Shown one piece after another: positions 53,682-64,000 of a stretch of DNA of 64,000 nucleotides. The stretch is from Octopus sinensis (lineage: Eukaryota). Each line of letters begins with the position of its first letter. Position 1 is the first letter of the stretch. Location: the NCBI RefSeq assembly GCF_006345805.1, contig NC_043000.1, positions 82,212,001 through 82,276,000 on the forward strand. The letters are read 5' to 3'. The notes beneath the pieces were generated by a model that was given only the letters and a program-made list of their open reading frames with translations, was not told where the DNA came from and did not search any database. The position numbers and the translations under genes are program-made.

Positions 53682-55617
53682 GACATGTATATATTCTAAT
53701 GGCTAGGCTCACGTGAATCTCACAAGGTATATTTCAGTTCCAAGAATCTTGGCAAGTTTTCACTGAATGTATTTTAGGTTTAATTAGAAATTAGTTGGGT
53801 CTAAAACAAACGGCTGAGTTAATCCGAGTTTTTTTTTCAGTTCACCATTTTCTGTTGGAATGAACATGTTCCAACATGACAGACTGAAGACGCAATTTTC
53901 TTTCTGAGTAACAGGTACTATACTTTTCCTTTCGCTCTTTACCGCTGGTGCACTCTGTCTCTCCCTTTCTCTCTCTCACTCTCTCTATCTTCACACACAC
54001 AAACACACACACAAACATTCACACACTTATACATATGTACTTTGTGCATATGTATACAAATCATTTATCTTAAGTCGTTTGTTAAGTCGTTTGGGGAGGA
54101 AACCAACACACATGAAATGAATAATTTTTAAAGAAACTTTCCCCCAAATAGTCGCTTATATCCTATAGATTGAGTGTATGTAAAAATTTGTTGGAAAAAA
54201 AGTTTCCCAAGGGTTTGGGGAGAGGAGTTTCGGAAAAAAAATACAGGACTCGACGTTTTCCCTCTCATAACTTTGTGGAAAATAGGTATATTTTTAATGA
54301 AATTAAATACCTTCAAACGATTACAAAGAAATTTGTAGGCAAAATCTTTAGAAGGGAACGGGGGAAGGTGTTTCTGGAAAACGGAGTTTCGGATCAGACG
54401 GCTCACATAAGTTGGAATTTCTCCGTTTGGACGGAGATTTTTTCCAATGTTTTTCAGCAAAGTCTTCAGAATGATGGGAGGCATCTTTTCACGAAGAAAA
54501 GAAAAAGATTAGAAAAAATTTTTTTTCACTCCCGCTGCCTCTTCAACACCCCAGTCCGAAACGACTTTGGCCATTGTTTTTTTTTTATTTATTTGTTTGT
54601 TTTTTTATTTATTTATTATTTTTTTTTTCATTACGCACTTAAAACACATGAGAGAAACATTTTCGGTTTAAAAGGAAATTGTTAATAATTTCAGAGGGAA
54701 ATGTGTGATTTAAGGAAAATCTGGCTGTTGTTTCTTGTACATCCCCAAACCTTCCTCCTCTTTTCTTTCTCACTCACACACCTATTGATATTTTTCAATA
54801 TTTTTTCTCCCCATAAACAAATTTCATGGAATGATGATGTCAAAGTGTAGAAATAAATTATCCTCATATAATGGTTGTAATGTACGTATAATTTGACGCT
54901 AAATAACATTAATCAATTAGTTAGGGCCAGTCGGTCAGTACAACGATTCTACTGGTACCGAATTTTGTTTGATGGGTGAAAATCTATTTGACCACCAGAC
55001 GGCATTCACCAGCATCAGCAGAAACGGATAAAAACTATTAAATTGTTAACTTTGACAATTGCCAAGGAATCAAATAATAATGAACGATACACATGATGAT
55101 TGTGGTGGGGAAGTAGTGAGGTAAGCGGTAGGATAACATAAATCACCCCCAGGCTAGCAGACCTACTCTGTGACCTTAGAGTGTGTAAGCAAGGGAAAAA
55201 AGATGCGAGATGAAGAAGAGGGAAAAATCTAATAGGAGTAGTTGTGCCCTAAAGAGTTACAGAGGAAATTAAGAATTTAGAGTAAACTCTAAAAAGTGGT
55301 GAGGAGAACTATGTTAATTAGAACAAATATGGCTTAGGTGAATTGAAAATATATATGTGAAAAAAAAATGAGAAAATAAGGAAACAGAAACAAACCAAAG
55401 ACTATGAATAAATAAATAGATAGATCTTCTTCACTTCTTCTTCTTCTTCTTCTTCACTTTTACAATTTTTGATATCTTGGCATCTGAAGCAGCTGGAGAT
55501 ACAAAAGTTTGACCAAAAGAACCGGCTATTGCAAGCATAAGTAAATATTGTAATGAACGCACTTGGCCAAATTTGGACATACCGCAGCTTAACATAATAG
55601 CAACGCTATATATATAC

Positions 55618-55681
<64 letters not shown>

Positions 55682-55780
55682 ATATCGGTTCTTGACTGAA
55701 GATTAGAGGCTTCGAATGACTCGTCCGTTTTCGTATCGTCTATTTGAATATTTTGCGTTCTTTCCCATTTTATATATTAT

Positions 55781-55851
<71 letters not shown>

Positions 55852-57748
55852 TATCAAAGGTAAGATCCAAGGATCAAGTGCTGGGAGTATAGAAAATCAT
55901 TTGAAAAAACAACTTTCAGGAACAATAGTATTTTCTTGATGCAGAAGGTTGTGAATTTTTCCCATATTGAAGTACGATAAGCTGAAAAAGATATTTTATA
56001 GTTCACGGTTGGTAACCAGGGTTGTCGGGTATGCGAATAAAAATCCAGAATTTAAGGAATACAATAGATAAAATCCAGGCCACATATGTTTCATGGCGAG
56101 CGGAATCTCTCTGTATATATATATGTTTGTGTGTATGCATATACATACACTACACACAAATACTTATGCGCGCGCACGCACACACACGCGCGCGCGCGCG
56201 CACATAAATGTATATCAATCATCATCGTCATCATCTGGTATACTGAAGCAGGACGTCAAAATGGAACATTTGTTAAATTGCTTTTTAGCATTTCGGGACA
56301 ATAAAGTGCTAATCAACTACCAGGGTTTCGTTCTTTTGTCTCTCACGTTCTCTCTTGTTAACGAAAAGCCAGCTGTGTTCTGACCCGCCAGAGAAAAGAA
56401 GCTTCACCAGGTTGAAAAGTCCCTATGGTTACAGCGCACAGCACGATGAAGCCTCTTGCCATTCCATCAGGAGTTGAGGACGCAAGGAAGAAAAGATATA
56501 ATAACTGGGCTTTACAAGACCAACAAGGACATGGCTAATTAGAAAATTACAAATACAATCATTTGACTAGGTAAAAATATGCACATAAAAAAAAAACAGG
56601 AGTTTATGATCATGGCCGCAGTCAAATGACTGAAACAAGTAAAAGAATAAAGTAATGCAAATAGTACAAAGCGGGGTCTATGAGTGGGGTGCAGTGAGTG
56701 CATGGGTACTCGGGGGTCAGGTTTTGGTGGTGTCTCAAAAGCATTGGCATATACTGAATTCTAGAATTTACTTGAAATGAAGGAGATCCTAAAGAAACTT
56801 TGTGCTCACCCCACACAAAATTCTCACTGGGACGGCGCGTACTCATGCATGTACATCAGCATGCACATATGAACATATAAAGATGTAAATGTACAAGCAG
56901 GCATGTATATATATATATATGCCGGTGCACAAAAACATACATACATACATCCGCACACATACATATACACATCAATTAGAAGCGAACAGACGATAAACAA
57001 TAAATTTTGTAAACAACAGTTTTGACGTTTAGCACACATTTTACATACGTTAACACATATACTGACGATGTAGTACACATGATCCTAACACATGTATACA
57101 ATCACTGACCGAGATATGTGTCCTACAGAAAAAAAATACAGAAATAAAACTGCCACACGTTGAGGTGACCTATATAAATGGGTGCAAAGGATGGGGAGAG
57201 GTGCTAATGTGTGTGTGTGAGTGAGTGGTGTGTGTATGTGCGGGCGTGCATGTGAATGTCCTAGATAATGAGCTATAACGGGAGTGGGCGAGGATGTTTC
57301 TGAATGTGTTTGTAAGTTTGTATGCACGGTGTGTGTGTGTGTGTATGTGTATATATGTATGTGTACATGTGTGTGTGTGTGTGTGTGAGAGAGAGAAAGA
57401 GAGAGTGTATGGCGGGGACAAAATATAATTATCTGTATGCCAGCGATCCTCGACGTTTCTGTCTATGTTTGTGGACGTGTTTGTGTGTATGTATTTATGT
57501 GAGAATGTGGATGTGCGCGCGTATGTGTATGTGTGTGTGTGTGTGTGCGAGTGAGCGCGCGCACACGCATTTGTTCTAGTTAATGCGATGTGCTAGAAAA
57601 GAGGAAAAATGTTTTCGTGAATTCCTAGATGATATGTATATATATATATATATATTACATAACACACACACACACACACACATATATATACATATACATA
57701 CATATATATATATATATATATAATATATATTATATATATTATATATAT

Positions 57749-57789
<41 letters not shown>

Positions 57790-57816
57790 ATAATATATAT
57801 ATATATATACATACAA

Positions 57817-57848
<32 letters not shown>

Positions 57849-57881
57849 TATATACATATATATATTACATATATATATTAG

Positions 57882-57913
<32 letters not shown>

Positions 57914-57971
57914 TACATAACATATATGCATGAGTGTCCTGTGTTGTACGTTGTCTACGTGTTTTTTATGT

Positions 57972-58012
<41 letters not shown>

Positions 58013-58127
58013 TGCACTTGTGATAGTTGGCCCAATAGTGATGTTGAAAAGAAAGTCAAATACTATAGTCGGAAAAGTACTTATGCGGATGCAATCGAAT
58101 GTGTTTGTGTGTACTCGCGCGCGCATG

Positions 58128-58165
<38 letters not shown>

Positions 58166-58903
58166 GCATTCATACTTGTATACTATATACTAAATACTAT
58201 ACACAATCAATTCTGATTTTATTACTTTCCCTTTAGAACGGAAGAAAATGATAGAAAAACCTATTGAAATTTTCGTCACTCTAAATGAAAAAGGGAGATA
58301 ATTTAAAGAAATTTCGAATGTGCTACCTTGAAGAGGTCGAACAGCGGCCGACACACAGTGTCCATAGCTTTCCATCTTCTTCGACACGAGATGAAAATTA
58401 TCTTTCTTTCTAAGCAAATTAACTCGCTTGAATTAATTCTTTTTTTTTAAATTTATCTCTTCCTTTCTCGTTCAGATTTTACTAACAACACCCACTAGGT
58501 TGTTGATTTCTTTCTATATCAATAAGGAAATGTTCAGTTGGTTAAGAATTTATCGTATATAGGGCAATGGAGTTATTCAGTACACTTCACCGTGTTAATG
58601 AAATTCTGCCACTGGCCTCAAACACAAACACACACAGGCACACACACAGGCACACACACATACATACGTATAGAGAAACACATATAAATATGATTTCTCC
58701 TCGAATGACACACAGCACACGTACACACACCACACACATACATAATACCACGCATACACACAAGCAGTGGAGGGAGACAAACACAGTCACGTGCACACAC
58801 AACACACATAGCTCACACAAACAGACAGACAAACAGACAAAGAGACTAACAGACAGAGGGACAGACAGACAGACAGACAATCAGACAGACAGGCAGACAG
58901 ATA

Positions 58904-60789
58904 TGTTTCTTTATTAGCCACACAGGGCTGCACACAGATAGAACAAATTACAAGGTAGAGCTTTTCTTTTGAAGGTTTAAAAAAAAAAAAAGGAAGGGGG
59001 AGTTTCGATCAAAGGGGATCGTAAAAGGAGAGAAAGAGGACAAATAAAGGGGGGTTAAAAATAAAGGGGGGGAGGAAAAAAAAAATTGATATAGGGATCG
59101 TTATCACAGAAATGTCAATATGAAGTGTAAAGGGAGGACAGGTGAGGTTTACCCGTGGAAGGAAAAGCCTACGGAAAAGACCACGGTAACCTCGGTCAAT
59201 GGAGTCACATGTTATATTTCTTTTTTTTTTTTTTTGCGAATAAGCAACTCTCGTTTTCAATTTCTGGGTTCATAGGATCATGCTCAAGGTGGCTTCGTCA
59301 TTCATACGTGCCATTCTTGCTACATTCACCCATCTTTTTTAAAACATTCGCTAGACAAAACTTGCCTCTCTACTCTCACTTTCCTTTTCAAGTGGTACTT
59401 GAAGAAGTTGATGAGAGAGATGACCAGAGAGGAAAGTGTTTGTCTCCAATCCTTTCAGACGCGTCCACCAGATACATTCTTTCGCCATAGCCACAAGGAT
59501 GATGAAAATAGCTCTTCCTTCCGTTTGAAGGAAGGAGGCGTGACAATATTGACGATAGACTCAGCTGATAAACCTACTCGTCCCACACGTGACAGCAGTT
59601 GTTCGAATAAGCCCACAGGTCGAAATTGTTGGACACTGCACGAGTGCGTGCAGAACGGTTTCGTCGCTCTGACCGCATCTTGGGCAGGTCGGCCCCGTGT
59701 TTCTCGAGCCGTGTCTGTAGAGCTATCCCGAACGGGTAGCGCTTCTCGGTAGCACTGCCGGAAAGGGATCTTGGAAGTTGTCCATGGGCCCTGGCCCGAA
59801 AGTCGTCCTGAACAGGGGTCAGGTACTCCTCGTCGACGTCCAGGTTCACCCCGAGCTCGTCGTCGTACCTCCCCTCCACTAAACCCCTATAGAATGCTTT
59901 GGTTGTGTTGAAGTCACTCAAGGTCGACCCAGGACGGCAGAGTTGCTTGAGAGCAACGCGACACTCGCGGTGCCATTCGTCCTTCCTCGGCCTCTTTTTG
60001 ATCCACGACTGCAGTTCGGTCATGGAGACGAGCTGCGGGAAAGCGTGCCTCACAAACGGCGACCACACCTGTTCACCGTCGTCTACATAGAGCCAGAGAT
60101 GTCGCAGTCTCAGCGCGTGTCTGCGCATCATCAACCACGGCATGCCCAGCCCTCCTTTTAACGGGTGTTGACAGCAAATGGATCGCCTGACCATCGGGAC
60201 GCATCCTTTCCACAAGAAGCGAAAGAGAATGCGTTGTAGTTTGGTGATGGTAGGGTCGGGACAAGGTACGACGGTCAGGCGGTAGTAGATGACGGACGCG
60301 ATATACGTGTTCGCCACCTCCGCCCGACCTTTTAGGGACAGTTTCCTCTCGGCCCATTGCCGGGCGAGAGTGACCACCCTACTTGTTATCTCGTTCCAGT
60401 TCTTCTCCACTTGGAGGTCCGGACCAAACCAGACCCCGAGCAACGCAACCGGGCCGTCGGTCCAGCGTCCCACGACGGAGGCGCTGGTGGACGGCATGGG
60501 CTTGCTTCTCCAGGTGCCTAGTCGCAAGCCCACTGACTTTTCCCGGTTGATTTTCGCTCCTGTCACCGCTTCGTAGTTTTTCAGTGTCTCGCCGACCTGC
60601 TCGATGTGCTCGTGGCTAGACACTATGACGGTGACGTCGTCCGCGTATGCAGACACGCTCGTCCCGCATCCCAGTTCTCGCGGGATGCCTCTCAAGGTTG
60701 CCAGCTTCCGCAATAATGGCTCGAGAGTCAATACGTATAGAAGCGACGAGAGGGGGCATCGCTGACGGACCGAACGTGCGATGTCGAAG
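58904..60789 (-). mobile_element. 5'-truncated L1/Tx1 LINE with 16-bp TSD in a GACA/GATA repeat
   Basis: RT motifs SVRQRCPLSSLLY, AYADDVT, GAKINREKS, LLGVWFG, GGLGMP; AATAAA at the 3' end; TSD GACAGGCAGACAGATA at 58888-58903 and 60790-60805. Confidence 0.92.
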
Positions 60790-60800
60790 GACAGGCAGAC

Positions 60801-60836
<36 letters not shown>

Positions 60837-61094
60837 TAAGCAGGGACTTACGTATGTGTTTACGTGTATGTATGTGTATATGTGTGTGTAATTGTGTGCG
60901 TGTGTGAATGTGTGTGTGTGTGTGTGTGTAATTGTGTGCGTGTGTGAATGTGTGTGTGTGTGTATGTGCATGTGTGGAGTGTTGAAGTGGATCAGTTGTA
61001 CTGTAAGATATGCAAAACATATATAAGTTCTACAAACGTATATGTATTGAGCACATTTTAATGACAGAGGTAATATCTGTACAGATAAAACTGT

Positions 61095-61150
61095 ACATAC
61101 ATACACACATACATACATACATACATACATACATACATACATACATACAT

Positions 61151-61190
<40 letters not shown>

Positions 61191-61346
61191 ACATACATAC
61201 ATACATACATACATACATACATGCATGCATGCATGCATACATACATACATACATACATACATACATACATACATACATACATACATACATACATACATAC
61301 ATACATGCATGCATGCATGCATGCATACATACATACATACATACAT

Positions 61347-61377
<31 letters not shown>

Positions 61378-61444
61378 TACATACATACATACATACATAC
61401 ATACATACATACATACATACATACATACATACATACATACATAC
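61095..61444. repeat. (CATA)n microsatellite
   Basis: Read directly; similar tracts at 7990-8195, 37180-37412, 41283-41430 and 53190-53357. Confidence 0.95.
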
Positions 61445-62399
61445 GCTATGGCTGGATTTACAAGCGTGGGGAAAAAGTATTTTAATTTCAATGGTAGAGT
61501 TAAATACGTCTTTATAAAGTCCGAATAAACTACACATGTTGTGCCTGATGTGCTCATACCTCTTTCAGTCATAAACTCATCAAAGATCAAACCCACGCTG
61601 TTCAGTTTCCCCATTAAGTTTTCAGTCAATTTGGGTTTCTGAGTTTTTTCCTCTAACAATGTTTACAGAAATTATACGTAATTACAAATGTTTTGTTTAT
61701 GTGTTTTTTGTTGTATCCTATGTACATAGTTTTGCATTGCACTCAAAATTATTTTTAGTCTCCGCCTGTATCCACCTGTCCTCATCTTTTTTCTCTTGTC
61801 TTCGCCTACCTTCGCCTGCTTTCGCCTGTCATCAATATTTTGGAAAATATTTTTAGTTTTATATTTAATCGTCATAAAATGCAACCTTCACCTAGGGCTA
61901 GCTGTTGCCATGACTTTGATTCGTGTATAAAGAAGAAAATAAATCAATTTCCCGTTCAATTTACTCAAACATTTCTTAATAAATATATTTAGTATGCAAA
62001 ATAATTGACTAACATGGAATTTTATGTTTAATTTGCTTAAAATTTTCCAGATAAAAGTATCCAACAAATAAAATAATATGAAACATTTTAAAATTAAAAG
62101 TGCTTTCAGGATTGCATTTCACTTTTGTGAACGCAATCAACTTTTTTAATCAGAGACCATATCTAGTCTTTTATCACGATAGTATCCAGTTGGCTTTGCT
62201 ACCTTTCCCCGATTGTTGTAATCTTTTGATGAAACCTTCCATTGTGCTGGTCACTGATGTCTCCTAATTCATCGTTAAAAAAGAATTCACTCGTAGAGAC
62301 TTGCAACAATCTAAGTCTTTATAACTTTCAGTAAGCTATGATACTGGGTCCTTGGTTTCTAATAAATATATCTTGCTTTGCTTTGGCATCGGGAGGCTT

Positions 62400-63000
62400 C
62401 AGGAAATAGAAGTTGGTTGACCGGTTTTCCCTTAAGAAGCTTCTGTTCTGAAATCTAAGGCCCACCAGCCAGAATTACTAATCTCGATGTTGTGGGGTTA
62501 ACAAAACATTTTCATGTTCCATAACAGGACTCCTTACAACATTTAGCTTTTCTAGCTGCAATTCCTGACGTGGTAGGAAGGGCAGTGAATTTTCTAGTAA
62601 TAATCATCAACAACACCGCTATCCCTTAAAAAGAAACCATAAATATTTCGTAAATGAAGCATAAAGACTTAGCATCTGGAAATTTCCGCACATATCTCAC
62701 TTAAATTCTGCATTGTTGATTTTGACAAGTAGCCGTTCAATATTTTCATAGATTTCTTTCATTTATATCGAGTGTGCAAGATGCAAAGATTGATATCAGT
62801 TTCCATTGCAAAGAAAAACTGCTTTGAGGTTTTGAGTTAAGCTATGAACAATTGCCATTTCCATGAGGTTATATTTCAGCTCAACAGCAGTAAACAAAAC
62901 AGTCACGTCTTTTATGATGAGGCAGATTTCCACTAATTTCAAAATAAATAGCAAATTCTGCACGCCTTTTCCAGGACATAGTATTCCTACGGCCATCCTC
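62400..63000 (-). pseudogene. Possible highly decayed pogo/Tigger (DDE_1) transposase
   Basis: Minus-strand fragments KDVTVLFTA, LLLENS and NPTTS occur in the order of pogo KDRxTV, LLLDN and PNTTS motifs; weak. Confidence 0.3.
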
Positions 63001-64000
63001 TATTAGTCAGCACATGCAATCTTATTCTTGGTACGAATGCTTCTTCTATTTCTTGGCTGCTACTGTTTGCTGACTCTTCAGATGCAGAAGTAGCTGTATT
63101 ATATTTCGTATGTAATAACTATACAATACTATGACTTTTGTAACTATAACCAAAATATGATAGTAACTTAATAGTTGCTGAAAACTACTAGTAGTAGTTT
63201 TAGTTATTTAAACCTTGTAAACTCAACTTACAGGTCCTTAGAAACTCAGAGGACTATTTTCCTAGTGATGTAGTTACAAGTAATATTAATTAGATTTGTT
63301 AGAGGTTGTAATATTGGTAAGCTTTCGGCATGAGGAACAGGTGCTACAGAAGACAGTGTGTTTCAATGTGTTTGGATACTGAAGAGTTTGTCTTTCCTTA
63401 TTCTTCCTGGACTCTGTAATATCAGGTATGCAAAAATCGTAGTCACTGTAGTAAGCCTTCAGCATTCTCCATATTCTGGGAATAGCAAAGAGTATTCTAT
63501 CTTGCACTTTTTAGCTACTCTTCTATGGTAGATTCACATATTTCATGCATTGCATGATGGGTTCAAAGCTTCTTTTGGTCTATAAGCTATTTAGAATTTC
63601 AAACTACCGAAAATTTTATATCTTCTTGATTTTTTTAATAAGAAAGTCGCAAACAGGGCGAGAAGCCACTTAGTGTAAAGAACTATCAAGAAGAAATTAA
63701 GACGAAAGGAATGTATTTGTTTTGGACTTGAAAGTGTTCAGGTCATAAGAAGGAGGACAACAATGAGATGGGAGAGAGTTCCAGCCTGTCAATTCAAAAA
63801 GAAAAGTTACTACCGCAGAAAGACTTCCATGTTCGTGGGAGCAGAGCAGCATTTGAATGAAGACGATATGAGTTTCGAGTTAAACGAGATGGCACGAAGT
63901 AGTCTGGAGTTAACAGAGGAAGTTCATCAGTGTACTTCCTGTGGAAATCATGATAAAAAAGACTAAAACTGACAATGTTTGAAGATGTAATAAGGGTTGC

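Noticed and set aside
54128-54685. 171-aa and 118-aa overlapping ORFs
   Set aside because: No recognisable domain; composition is driven by A/T runs.
59574-61442. 622-aa ORF as a single gene
   Set aside because: The first ~220 aa are translated microsatellite running in frame into the truncated Tx1 RT; the TSD shows the element stops at 60789.

Overview
AT-rich, microsatellite-saturated metazoan non-genic DNA; the repeat families resemble those of octopus genomes (inference from recalled sequence, not searched). No host exon is supportable: nearly all ORF-track entries are translations of simple repeats. Real coding remnants all belong to transposons: a near-full-length decayed L1/Tx1 LINE (12.9-17.4 kb), a 5'-truncated Tx1 copy with a 16-bp TSD inside a GACA/GATA repeat (58.9-60.8 kb), several RLE-type (R4/Dong-like) non-LTR elements in (ATT)n and (CATA)n tracts including an uninterrupted 438-aa ORF, RTE fragments, mariner/pogo fossils, MITEs and four SINE families. 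The most interesting signal is non-coding: at least five readable type I hammerhead ribozyme (HHR) motifs with palindromic helix III (27591-27649 -, 28074-28150 +, 34173-34244 +, 49139-49179 -, 49416-49456 -) plus decayed relatives. They lie in ORF-less 280-430 nt units arranged as partial tandems, a tandem trimer or fold-backs, mostly next to (TA)n. This is the architecture expected of Penelope-associated pseudo-LTRs / non-LTR retrozymes, which can yield circular RNAs. Coordinates were counted by eye and may be off by a few bases.
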